A stretch of 64,000 nt of DNA from Hormiphora californensis (Eukaryota > Animalia > Ctenophora). Below the pieces are notes generated by a model. That model was not told where the DNA came from. It searched no databases and saw nothing but the letters and a program-made list of their open reading frames with translations. How positions within the stretch are numbered: position 1 is the first letter of the stretch; every line of letters begins with the position of its first letter. The stretch is taken from positions 5,394,001 through 5,458,000 of the forward strand of contig CM035351.1 in assembly GCA_020137815.1 (NCBI GenBank), given 5' to 3'. This document shows positions 51,501 through 64,000 of the stretch, in pieces. The position numbers and the translations under genes were made by a program.

Positions 51501-52352
51501 TGAGCAAGGTCTCATGAGCACTCATGAGCGCTCATGATACACTCATGACACACTCATGATACACTCATGAGCGCTCATGAGACGTTGAAACACCTAAAAA
51601 CGTCTCATGAGCGCTCATGATACACTCATGATACACTCATGACACACTCATGACACACTCATGAGCGCTCATGAGAGGAACGGACAGGTTCTTCCGACTT
51701 ACCTATCGTTCTAAACGAGTATCTACCTACTATAGGAGGCAGTTATAACTGCCAGTTATAACTGCCTCATACGAGATTTTGTCTCGTGTAGAAAGGCTCT
51801 AATTATAAACGTTTCGGACGAAAACAAACTCGGAACTGCACCCTTCTTATTCCATTATGCTGATTCAGAGTTTTGGTAATTTCTTATCCCCTCTCCTCAC
51901 CGTCCCATTCAGAGCGTGTATGGGACAGGGACGACTACAATCGTGGTTGGAAGAGAAACTTCCTCCAAGTTATGGGGTTATCTCTGTGTGAGTGGTTATG
52001 CCCCGTCACCTCCTCGCTTCAAGGAGAGGAATATGAACCATTGATTGTGACTGTAGTTGAGCCATCTTCAGATCCCTGGTAAGCCTGATATAATGGGTGT
52101 CTGTTTGATGGTTCAATATCTGTCTGACGGCGTCGACCCGATCTAAGCGCAATGTCTGGCGGTGCCGGTTAGTTCAATACTAACGGATAAGTCCACTTGG
52201 TCTCCTTTAACACACCTTCTATTCACAGGTCGGTGGGTGGGGGCAGGCCCAGTACAGTTATAGAACACGATTTCAACATTGAAGATACCATCAGTATTCC
52301 CCCGGAGTCAGGACGACCTCGAATACCTAGCTCCATGCCCAGTGACGGATAA
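47073..52352 (+). CDS. DHHC palmitoyltransferase (ZDHHC2/15/20-like)
   Basis: Exons ~47073-47154, 47303-47358, 47993-48087, 49452-49505, 49606-49767 ([20 protein letters not shown]), 49983-50136 ([21 protein letters not shown]), 50275-50419 (RTSY|E, TTxE-like), 51913-52078 ([16 protein letters not shown], PaCCT-like), 52229-52352. Phases are consistent. Confidence 0.93.
50451..51799. mobile_element. PIF/Harbinger-like MITE (TAA TSD), interrupted by a nested palindrome
   Basis: TAA|gagctgttctaaacgagacaaaatctc ... gagattttgtctcgtgtagaaaggctc|TAA; internal gcagttataactgc repeats. Confidence 0.82.
50847..51703. mobile_element. 857-bp near-perfect palindromic element, Merlin-like (GGTAA ends, 8-bp TSD)
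   Basis: TSD tatcgttc at 50839-50846 and 51704-51711; ends ggtaagtcggaagaacc / ggttcttccgacttacc; arms built of ctcatgag repeats; central TTAGGG-like and CCCTAA-like tracts. Confidence 0.88.
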
Positions 52353-52581
52353 AAATCCCCTTACCACGGTTACCATGGTTACCATGGTTACCATGGTAAT
52401 GAAATGAACAATTACCCCAGAGACCAGGGATTGACTGTTTTATATGTTGAGTCTGTTATAGCGCTGAAAATGCTGTGTTGTTTTCTGCCCCTTTCCTTTA
52501 CAAAACTTGAAATGTTTGAAACTGTTTGCGCTGTGAGCGTGTCTGTACTTTGTGTGATTTATTGGTAGAGCTTTTCAGTGT

Positions 52582-52763
52582 CGCTTGTTGTAGTGGAGAA
52601 ACGGTGTCCTAACACGGTACGCAGACGCACACTTTACGTAGCGTGCGGGTAATAAACACAGGTTCAGCCTGATCTAGCTGAAAAAGTGTGCTTTAGTACC
52701 TGCACGTTAGACTAACGGTGCGTCTGCGTACCGTGTTAGGACACCGTTTCTCCGCTACAAGCG
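52582..52763. mobile_element. Hairpin MITE downstream of ZDHHC
   Basis: ttgtagtggagaaacggtgtcctaacacggtacgcagacgcac versus gtgcgtctgcgtaccgtgttaggacaccgtttctccgctacaa. Confidence 0.8.
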
Positions 52764-53689
52764 GCCTTGATACAAGGGACCGGTATATATACTATATTAT
52801 ATTTTCATATCGATAGAACCAGTGGAATGGGATTGCTTGCTTTTTACGTTTTTAATTTGTGATAAAATTCACGAGTTTTATTTTGCTGAAAATCACGTGG
52901 TGAACGAACGAACACACTGTGGGACGTGGGTTGGCTTATCCATAAATCTGGCGACCGTATAATTTCATTGTCAGGCATGTACCTGGTTGGATAGGGTGGA
53001 AATGCAGTGCGGAACTCAAAAGGTTACTGAAGTGGTTCACATGAATATTACACGTGCCCGTGCACTGCACGGTGCAGGCCGCAGGGCACCCAATATCATT
53101 TGGGTTTCAGAGAACGTCATGAATAGTTGTAGCCTAACTGCAACTGTCATGTGCACCTATATTTAGTTGTTGAATAAGGGGTTACTCAATAAATATTTAG
53201 GTGAATGGGACGTATGGGTGTAGCCTAGCTGCACCCCTTTAGGCTTGACTTTGAGTGTGGTTAGATTGTGTCGGCGATCCTTAGAACCCTCGTCCCTGGG
53301 CCTTATAATAAGGGATAGGGTTATGAATATGTGGTGGGTTTTATAATAATACCCACCAAATATGTTTTACTTTTATTCATTAAGTGCAACTGTGTTAGGG
53401 GACCGGGAAGGAAACTGGAAAGTTTAGTCAACAATTCACACTTCACACTTTTTTTAAATATTAATCGATCTAGGCCCGGACTATAATATAGATTCTAGAT
53501 CACGGTCTTCCACATCCAGCCCCAGGAGGCAAAATATCATTCATTAATTTTAAGAGATTGAGGTTTAGAGAGATTGACTGATTGAGGATGAACAAAAATT
53601 AAAAAGAAAGAAACTGTGCTGAAATATATATTAATAGTTCGCGTTGCTCCTCGTTGGCTCAATTCCACAATAAAATATCTCACAACTCA

Positions 53690-55030
53690 TCACTCATTGT
53701 CCGAATCAGAATGTTCGGGGGTCTCAATTTCAGGGAACTCCTTGGAAGGAAAGCCTCTAATTGTGAGCATTTCGGAGGCATTGTGGCACACATAGTAGGC
53801 GTTCAATTTGGCGGCAGGTGTGAATGCTTGTTGGATCGGTTCTCTTGTCAGTGGCACTACTGGTCCCTTGATATGTTCCATCTGTTTTCGTTTCAACTTT
53901 CGTTCCTGAGGCGAGGGAGAAGATTAGTGATGTTGACTATTTGAGGGGTATAGGTCTACTTGCACAAATTCTGCTCACTCTCTAAAATTTTCCAACCCGT
54001 GTTCTAGCTTAATATAACTTCATAATGTACCCTAAGGAATTTCCATTGAAGGTAGGAGGGTCTACACATTACACTGGCATCGCTGTCAGTTGGCATAAAG
54101 AAAGTGCATGCTCGGGACAGCGCCGTATTGGCGGCTGTAGCTGTAGTAGCCTCAGAAACAATAGATTTGGCATCATCCGCTTGCATTTGGCAAGTGAGGA
54201 CCCTCAACTCAACTAAAACAGCTCGAGCTGGAACAGTTAAACAACGGAGAGGCTGTTTAAGTTGGTAGCTATAGCAATGCTGTAGTTATAGATTCTAACT
54301 TCTCTTTCTTTCTGTCTCTCTTTCTTATATTCTAAAAGTTAAAGTGGACATAAGCCTTATTACGAGTTACTAGACACTAGACACTATAAGAGAGCTAAAG
54401 AGGTCTTGGTTAATGACACTACGCTTACAATTAGAGAAACATACGAGTCATGAGAAAAATGTGAGAAGATAATATAGATAACTCATGGTTGGCAATTATA
54501 TATTATAAATTTTAGTATGAACTTCAGTTGCAATACACATAATATAAGCTACTGCAAGCCTAACGGCGAAACGAAACGATCTTTTAAGTTTATTATTTGG
54601 TTTATCATTTGGCATAATATATTCAAACCATTCACTACAAAACATTCCATGTACCCCAAAAAACCCGGCAATAAATCATGATCTTTATCTTATTCTTAGT
54701 AAGAATTTCTTACCTCTCGGAACTTTTTCTGTAAGATGGACTGTTCACAAAGATTCATAGCGGTATCACCTGCTGTAACAGAAGTACTCCCACCCGACCG
54801 GCAACAACGAGATGAGGACGCTGCTGAGTATAACGTCCTGGAAATGAAAATTACAGAGTGAAGTAATACTCCAGTACGCAGATGGTGGTTCGAAACCACG
54901 TAATTACGAAAACATCACGTGATCACTATACTAGATACTTAAAGAGTATAAGCTTGGGAGGAAGAGAGAATGATGTACAGATATAGGGAAATATAGAGAC
55001 GTAGAAGAGATAGATCATTTTGGAAATTTC

Positions 55031-55119
<89 letters not shown>

Positions 55120-55277
55120 GAGAGAGAAAGAGAGAGAAAGAGAGGGTAAGTATCTACCTGTCTGATAAGGAGAAGATTCTGGTATTAACATCTTCTCGGG
55201 ATGAGACTGGAGATATAGTAAGAGGATCGTGGTTAGGACGTTTCCCATTTATATATGATCTGGTATCTACCACTGAC
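53690..55277 (-). CDS. Multi-exon gene whose last exon encodes an SMKR1-like (small lysine-rich protein 1) motif; start not located
   Basis: Last exon 53690-53906 contains AFTPAAKLNAYYVCHNASEMLTIRGFP, which resembles SMKR1 [26 protein letters not shown] (from memory). Upstream open exons at 54031-54227, 54713-54837 and 55158-55277 have GT-AG ends; one junction phase is unresolved. Confidence 0.65.
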
Positions 55278-55959
55278 CTGAAAGAAATTGAAACTGTGAG
55301 ATACACAAATTGCCGGGTATTCCTGTGAGAGCAATGCTCTGACAGCTGGCCCAGAGGTGTACTCTGGACTAGGAGTACAATCCATCACCATGAGTCCAAG
55401 ACCCCAAAACCTCCCCATTGAAAACCACATTATAGAGCACTAAGAATTACCATATTGAATGCCACAGAATCACTATATTCACTCCATTTTTTATTTTTCA
55501 TAGATGAATTTTATCTACGGGCAAATTCTATCTCTTTATTCCTCGATATTTTATGGTCAAGTCTAGGCTAATGGGCCATTAAAGTGGACCTATATAGTAG
55601 CTCCTATAGTATTATTAAAGAACTGTAAAACTGGAGGTCTGGAGTGAGATCTCTAGAACTCCATTTGGTCAGGGGGAAGAATTAATTAACTTTAGAGCTG
55701 GGGGAGGGGGAATTAATTAACTTTAACTTTAATAGCCCATCGAGAATTAGTAGGAGGAACGTTCTGAAGGGGCACGTGTGCAGTGGATAGAGGAAGGAGG
55801 AAAGATTATTAAAGCTAATAGTAATGTGATAAATGTTCAATTGAGGAACTGCCTATAGTGAATGGTTTGATAAAGGTCTCTTTGATAAAGGTCTCTTTTT
55901 TCTATACTTTAAATTCATTCATTATCGATGAAACACTATTATAGAGGACTATATCTTTG

Positions 55960-56532
55960 GGCTTTCAAAAAAATCTTGATTCGATTCGATCTTTGGGCCA
56001 TCATAAAAAAAAATTGATTCGAATTTCGATTCGATTCGATCTTTGGGCTATTAAAAAATTTCGATTCTATTTGATTCGATCTTCGAGCGATCAAAATACT
56101 ACTTGATTCGATTCGATTCGATCTTTCGATTCGATTCGATAATATCGCCGATTCCTAGTGGCTAGGAACCGGTTGATACTTGATATTTTTTCCTCGATTT
56201 GATCTCGATTCAATCTTTGGGTAATTTTTTAAAAAACTATTCGATTCGATTCGATCTTTGGGCCTTCAAAAAAACATCCATTCGATTCGATCTTTGTGCC
56301 ATCAAAAAATATCGCTTCGATTCGATCTTTGGGCCATCAAAAAATTCGATTCAATCTTTTAGCAATCAAAAAAAAATTCGATTCGGTTCGATCTTCGAGC
56401 GATCAAAAATCTTCTATTCGATTTGATTCGATCTTCGGGTGATCAAAAAATATCCATTCGATCTATGAGCTCAAAATACTACTCAATCCGATTCGATTCG
56501 ATTCGATATATCGATATAATCGCGGTTCCTAA
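55960..56532. repeat. (TTCGA)n-rich degenerate repeat element(s) with TAGGAACC..GGTTCCTA ends
   Basis: Many ttcgattcgatct(ttggg) units; ctaggaaccg at 56162 and cggttcctaa at ~56523. Confidence 0.7.
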
Positions 56533-59500
56533 GTCCATTATATATATGCAGTACGTAGCACGTGTCCATGGTCTTATCCAGAGGATAGAGGTGTAGAGAG
56601 ACGGAGAGCGTTCTTTGGGAATGGGATAATTACCCTAAGTACCTTACTGCCTTCAATTACCTTTCATTGCCCTAGATATACTTTCTTTTATTGGACATTC
56701 GAAGCCTTTTCTTCTTGTTGTGTTTATTTATGTGTTTATCTAATTAAAATCCCCCTCAATAGTCAATGCAATTACATAGAAGGTGTTATTTATAACGAAT
56801 TGCGTTATAGCAAGGAAGCACTATCAATATCATGACTTTAGTGCTTCTTGGAATTGGATACAGACTAGGGTTTTTCTCGAGATATGCAATTATTTGTCAT
56901 TAGAACACAATATTGTACGCATCTATATATTATGGTTCTAGCAGTTTCCCATTGTGCACAATTATGGTCACGTTATGGTCACGTTTTATGAACAAGTCAA
57001 GTTGTGGTTCAACACTAGTGATACTCAATAATTCAGTGCATTCATGATTCCTGCACGTATACATTTTCCAGTCTGCTACTACCATTTACAAATTTGTGTT
57101 AGCCCATTGCATACCGACACAAGTTGTTTGTCCTTGTGGTTCATTTGAAAATATCTAATACCAAATTATCCGTTTGCGCTCCGAATGTTAATTATAAAAG
57201 TTACTTGCCTTCCCCTCAAGTTACCGTACACAACTAAAAAAAAACAAAATATCCTTGTGTCACAAGGGTATTTTGGAAACTTTTTATTTTGTTGTAACAA
57301 TTAAAGTTTGACATTGCTCTTTGCAGTAGTACGGTGCGGCATACGCTCCATTTTGAAAATCAGCAGCTTTTCATCGGATTTGCAGTTCAGTCACAGGGTT
57401 AGGGTAGAAACAACTGTAATTTTTCCATGGCTTTGTTTTCCATCCGTTTGAAAACATGGCCAAAGCATTTTTCCTCTCCTCCCTGGAATAATCCAGTCGC
57501 TGTAATTGTATCGTGTTTAATGTGTTGTATCAGCAAAAGGCTGGCATCGAAGATGTATGTTCATCCATCGAAGTCTATATAATAACCTTGGCCTAAGTAA
57601 TGATCAATTTGTTGTCATCCACACATGACACAAGCTAGATCTCTTGGTCGTTGTAATTAAAGAATCAATCCAATCTAACGATGTTTCTACTAGGAACTCT
57701 AGCGGTCTTGTTACGTGTTGATCTAATAAGAGCCACAGGCAGGTCGATTTCTTACAGCTAGCTTTGCCACCAACCAATGTTGGCAGAGCTGTTATAATCA
57801 ACATGTGTGGTTCTTACTCGTATACTTAGATTAATCGAGAACCATCCTTTCCTTTCTCGAGAACCACGATACTCTCATGTATACTGATAACGATTAACCT
57901 ACAATATAAATTAATTGCACACGTTATCGTATTAAGTTTGTAGAAGAATCATTGTCCATATTTTCTAATGGCCAGTACAGCTAATCGTTGCTGTGTATGC
58001 CAATAGTGAAAGAAAAGCCAACTGAGCTGTACGAAAAAGTTGTTCACCGTTTTCTCAGGACTGTATATTTTCTTCTTCGTTTAAAATTATTGCTAACTTC
58101 ATGACTTTCACCGCTTGTTGTACTTGAGGTTTGGGAATTCTTCTATCTCTACTACCAATTTCTTCATGATCTCTTTCGATATTTCCAGGTTTGCGGTTTA
58201 GTTGCTGATTTCATATCCCCGAGATATACCCACAGTTCAGTAGCGTGTACACATGAGGACCACTACTTGACTTTAAACACACATGGTATCGAGTGCTAAC
58301 AATTTGTTAAGCAAGTGCACATGAATTTGCTTTGAAATAAGAATTAAGAACATCGAGATGATGTTATTAATTCAAAGCGAATTTACGTGCTTATATTACA
58401 TCATTAACTCGCTTGGTTAGTATTTAGCTTCATCGAATGGTGCATCTATATATCAAATGTCATAATCATGCCAATTTCACTCGTTCTATAAGCACAAAGG
58501 TGGTATTTTTTAATATCATTCATTGAAATGGAGTCGTCAGCGATCTTTGGCATTCATACAGCTTGTTATAAGTCATTGGTCTAGTAACACGTACCTAATG
58601 AGCGAACTCAATTTGCAATGCAATTGCATCATTATCATGGGCTGCATAGTTGTTATGCTAATTGTGAGAATACCAAACAACCAAAGCAGCTTCTTTTCAC
58701 TCTGCAATATATATTGATGCTAGGTTTCCTTCAGAGCCTTGGCCTTCTTTACAATTATATAATATGTGGCTGATGGAAAGCTCGACACAGTTATGTGGTG
58801 ACTTTTGAGTGACGTGCGGCAATATATTGGCGAAATTAGCTTTTTTTATACTATGATTTGTACAGATCGATGTACAGGGTCGCAAATCAAGTCACAATAT
58901 GTAACTGGGTTGCCAATCCTTACTATTACAACGCATGTGATTTGGTCAATTATAGTCCCTCCATTTGCATTATACTACCCTTGTGGCCCCTTTTGGGGCC
59001 TTTGTCATATTATATGCGCTGGACACGTGCTAGCTGGGGTAGGCTACCAGGTTATTTGGTGACGAATATAGGTGCAAATTTGCATCTATATACCTCACTA
59101 CAATTTGCATCTATTATACCGTCGTGGTAGCGTGCAAGACATGTTGCTTAGGAATCTTTATAGACTGGGCTGACTTTGATTTTTTATATAGCCGGGTCAT
59201 AGAATGAGAGTGTGTTAAATTGTCTATGGAATGCTATACATATTTCATCACCACGAACAAACGATTCTAGTGAGATCGGAGAGAAAAATATGTTAATACT
59301 TAGGAGAGATTAATGATCGAGGTCGGTGATTTTCATTGACAGCTTATGCTTTGGCGGGGTACTTGTTAAAAGATGACAATATCATAATAGCTCGTCGGCT
59401 CAATATTAGGCATGCTGTGGATAGAATCATCACACCCATTTTAGTCGTATATTTTGTATTATTATAGCTAGGTCTGCACCAGCAGCTTCCTGCATGAACA

Positions 59501-59944
59501 ATGCAAGATACTTGGCTCCAGGAATAATATTTCCAGACAATGCATGATATCATATAATATTGGCATATGTTATTATCATGGTACTGTTATTATTATCATT
59601 ACGGCCGGGTTCTAGCTCATACAAAGATAGAAATTCGATTGACCCCCCTCCGGAGGCTCATATTGAACTTGAACAGAAAGAAAGAAGTGGTGAGAGTCTG
59701 ATTCAGAGAGGGCGAGAGTCTGATTCAGAGAGAGCGAGAGTCTGACTCTGAGAGTGGTGAATGAGAGAGAAAGGGCCAGCTAGGAGAGATCGAATATTGC
59801 GAAATCTTGGGGACCTATGATGCATAATTGCCTGCCTCGTGCTAGCCTAGAGAAAGCGAGGCCCGCGGTGATTGAAGATCCTTCTGTTCCCACTAGAAGA
59901 AATGAGACGCTCCACTCGAAATAAATAAAGAGAGGGGAGCGAGG

Positions 59945-60017
<73 letters not shown>

Positions 60018-61512
60018 GAAGAGAGAGAGAGAGAGATAGAGAGAGAGAGACAGAGAGACAGAGAAAGAGAGAGATGAGATATAAAGGAGGCAAAGATTCT
60101 TTGTTCCTGGCTTTATAATGCCAGCGGCTATTATCAGTTGATGGCATGGGAGATATAGGAAGGGTACTCAAGTGATCAGGACACCATGGTGGAGACGATT
60201 CGGAACACAACATTTATTGCAGTATGAGTAAGTGCAATTTACTATGTTGAGAAATTAAAAAAAACGCTAATCGTTTTCTTCTTTTGCATCCCTGTTGGAA
60301 ACCGCTTGAATCCTAATGGTATTGTAGTACATGGTGTAATGGTGTATGGACAGTGCATTCGGACATTGTTACTCTCACTTCCTCTCTAAGGTCGAATTGA
60401 GCTGAAAACCAGTGAACCGCACTATACACTACTTTACACCTCTTTCTTGACACTTTATTTAGGTTGCAATTATATTGTTTAATTTGCCCACTTTGGTAGT
60501 TTCCTATAATTCCTATATGTCTTTTTGTTGACTGTAATTTGTAAAGCACGACGAAGCAGCAGCTCAGTGGCATTACTGTTAATTATTTGTTATATAGCGA
60601 ATTAGCAATAACAGATACAAAGCTTGTGTGTCGAATTCTATAATTCGTGACCCTGGTGACCCTAGTGTTGTGGTTTTTAATAATAGGTCTAGCCTCAATT
60701 CGGTGTACACTTATTAGTAACCACCGGTATCGCATGGGAAGAGTTATAATGTCCGGGTGGATGAAATAACATTGAATTTTGTGCTGGTATGTATTACATA
60801 TATTATACTACTAATATGTAACACATTGAGATCATATACCTTATAGAGGTTTAGTGGAATTTTTCGCCAGGGCTATCGAAACAATAATTTTTAATTAGTA
60901 CAACTTTAATTACTGGACGTCACTTCCTGTATACGTGTTATTACAAACATATTACATACTTCCTGTAATATTATATTTGTAATGAAGCGTATACACTGTA
61001 TATTATAATACAGGAACCAATTGTAATTCGAGGACCGTTATACCAATTACCATGTCACATTATATAGCGTACACATGCTCATGTAGGATAGCTCCCACAC
61101 GATTGCAACTGTCAGTGTCATACTGCTGTGAACATACATGTCTGCAGATATATTCTGTCTTGAGGCACATTACCTCGTTTTGAATTCTGGGAATGCACTG
61201 ATAGTGTGGTTAGGGAGGGGTCTGCTGCAGCGTAAGCCAGCATGGGACTCTTTTTGTAGGTGTAGGTCTACAATCGATAAACAGTCCTTTTTTAAATTTT
61301 TCATCATGTTTCATGTTGCTATGTTCTAACCCTCCCTTTACATTCGGGGGCGGGGCGCCCGAAACCCAGTCTAGCCAGGCAAGTTTCATGATGCTTAATT
61401 AAATTATAAAAAAAAGAAATTCGGTAGGTAAATTATGATCAATATCATTAAAAAACCCCCTGTCTACTATGTACATATTTAGGTGCCGGCAGGCACCTCC
61501 GACCCGAATAAA

Positions 61513-61585
61513 TCATTACTTCTGTCATTACTTCTACCATTACTTCTGTCATTACTTCTACCATTACTTCTATCATTACTTCTAT
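61513..61585. repeat. 12-bp tandem repeat cattacttct(gt/ac)
   Basis: Six consecutive units. Confidence 0.9.
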
Positions 61586-63775
61586 AAATTGTCATTATCC
61601 TTATTCCTTGGTCGTAATTCACATACACGTCTCAATGTGCATATAACCCTTCACTTGTCTACCCTGCCCAAATTTCAACAAGTTTTCACACTGGATTCAT
61701 ATAAATTTCTCTCAATCTAGATTAAGTTAGTCAACTCATGTTTCTTGACCTAATGATTAATGGGAGAAAGCGAAGAGAAAGACAGGAATGAAAGGGAAAA
61801 TTATTTTAGAGTGACAGAAGGAGAGAAAAGACGGTTAAAAGAGTTCCGTCATAGCTTGAGAAGAACTTGTTTATGATTTTATAAAATTTTATCCGTTTGG
61901 ATTTTGAGAATGTCACGTGTGCCGATAATGCATAATCAATATATATGCATATGTTGAATATATCGTGGCGACAGCTTTATTATCTTTTCGGCAAGTCTGG
62001 CTTTTTAAGGGATCGGAGAAAATGTTCTTGGATGAGAGATCAATAGGGATAGTAGGACTGAGATAAAGCCAGCCTTTACATACATATATTTCGTGCTATG
62101 GTATCTTACTATAATAGATGTTACTCGCTTGCAGAGCAGTTGCCGCACGTCGAAGTCGTAAAGAAACATTTCGGCTGACACCGACTGTTGGCCGGCTTTC
62201 AACACCTGGCTTCGAAGTGGCTAGATTAATTGTAATCTAGTAGGCCAATATTTATTTTTTGACGCTAGTTGTCATGTTCTAGTTATGTAGTTATTATTTG
62301 ATTAAGTATTTTACAACGATATAAGATAAAACATTGCGGTTTTGGGGCATTGCCTTTGGCACCAAGTGAGGAATTTCAACTTAAAAATTTCATCTGGTTG
62401 GTTGGTTGGTGATACTAAGCCGACGTTCTACCAAGCTCTTTTTCATCTTTGCTCATTAACACTTAATTATTATTTTTATTACATTTGATATTACAGGTAC
62501 ATACTGTGATGCGTGAATGACGCAACAAGGAAACCAATATATATATATACTCAGAGAAATAGATAATATTGAAAATGATATAACTAAGTAGCTAACGCAC
62601 TATGTTACAATATTTTCTGTCTGGCGCCGCACTCATGTTTGATCATGGCGTCACACTGTTTGATTTGAGAATCAGATGGCCGGGTTTGGCGCCGCCAGAC
62701 AGTATATTTGTGATGCTTGCAGTGAGAGAGGCCGGTCTATCAAGGAAATCTTATTAAATTAATGAAACATATGTTTGCTTAAAATTATTTAAACTCTTCT
62801 CGACTTTATAATGTATCCAACAGGTCTTTATATTTTGCTTGCGAGTTTTGTAACTGTGCTTAGAATTGGAAGATGTCGATACCATTGCCGTACCAATTTC
62901 ATTGAAAAGTTATAACTAGGAAATAAAATTATGATTGTTCCAACTGTTTTATCCAAATTTGTAACAGGAGAATGATTTTCCGGTTTTTCTGGGACAGAGA
63001 TCGGTTCATTCGGCCATGGCCCGAACGCTCTGGTGGAGGCGTCAAACCAGGTAACGGCTTGATTATATAATATAGCATTGATAGCTGTGCAGCAGCTCTG
63101 CTTTGAGTTTTGACTTTAGCCGAAAAATCCCATCCTCAATTCTGATTTCAAGTAGTCTTTGAGTGTATCATCCCAAAAAAAGAATTATGATGATCTCCGT
63201 ATAAAAGCTCATGACATGTAAAGCCGTGTGAAGCCGGAGACCGGAGCTATACACATATTAAATATTGCATGATAAACCACCACCAATGGACTACAGTTAT
63301 CATAAGCTCATCATATCATTTCTTATCTTTATACATATATATATGCAGGAAACGTTCGTGTATTTTCACTGACCTCACAGACCGGAATACCAGATATACA
63401 CGTGGCTCCAAGAGATATTATTAACTGCCCCCGTAATTTCTATTATTTCTCGTTTCCTTTTGGGTCTCTCAAATCTATATCTCTTTTCCTATTATTTTCC
63501 AGACAGCGCAGACATGTATTTTTTGCAATAGAATAGAGTATAATCTAGGCTCGTTAATTCAGCGTAATTCATCCCGTAGCATGATACAAGCTCTTGATTC
63601 TCTCGTTTTCTCTATCTCTCTTTATATCGCTCTCTCTCTATCTATCTCTCTCACACATTTCCTATCTCTTATATTCTCTCTATTACTGTCAGAATCGTGC
63701 CTGCTAGAGCGCTTTGCTAAATTTACCATGAGTTATACAGTTGCTCCTCCGGATCTCCTGATTGCCTGATTTTAC

Positions 63776-63872
63776 CCACTTATACACGTGTATAATATAC
63801 ATAACACGTGTATAATATACACATACGGCTGTACCCACTTATACACGTGTATAATATACACATACGGCTGTA
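63776..63872. repeat. Short tandem duplication containing the tatacacgtgtata palindrome
   Basis: acacgtgtataatatac repeated three times. Confidence 0.8.
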
Positions 63873-64000
63873 CGGGGGGTCAGCTTGTGTTGAGGTCTGC
63901 TGCTGCAGGTCCCATATGCAAAATGACGAGGGACCAAACAACAGTTCCTCATGGTGCGGCGTTATAACTCGTTATTGTACTCCGAAGAAGGGAAAACAAC

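Noticed and set aside
54031-54227. Resemblance of VLVELRVLTCQMQADD..WKF to the Cys-loop receptor MA-M4 segment
   Set aside because: No following hydrophobic M4 helix, the spacing to WKF is wrong, and no upstream TM or Cys-loop exons are seen.
62968-63050. Possible isolated + strand exon (cag|gagaatg...ccag|gtaac)
   Set aside because: No recognisable protein and no linked exons could be supported within the window.

Overview
Eukaryotic (animal), intron-rich and microsatellite-rich genomic DNA. Several repeats resemble ones I recall from ctenophore (Pleurobrachia-like) gene models; this is recollection and was not verified. Six spliced protein-coding genes can be reconstructed by hand: (1) a secreted M1/aminopeptidase-N-like gene (-, runs off the window start); (2) a mosaic secreted protein with signal peptide, probably inactive PI-PLC-X-like domain, MTC6/Rv2075c-type lectin-like module, 2x Sushi, TSP1 and a CCN-like cystine knot (+, 13577-18905; the most striking item); (3) a CHST1/3/4-type carbohydrate 6-O-sulfotransferase (+); (4) SECIS-binding protein 2 (-), with an R4-like RLE retrotransposon in its long intron; (5) a ZDHHC2/15/20-like palmitoyltransferase (+), head-to-head with SBP2 across a CCAAT-containing palindrome; (6) a protein ending in an SMKR1-like domain (-). 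Introns hold many MITEs and foldbacks (Tc1-, Mutator-, Harbinger-, Merlin- and Helitron-like, plus one apparently TSD-less family), often nested. Tandem duplications centred on splice signals recur across the window. About 35.6-43.4 kb is low-quality, homopolymer-inflated sequence. Exon coordinates are hand-derived and may be off by a few bases.
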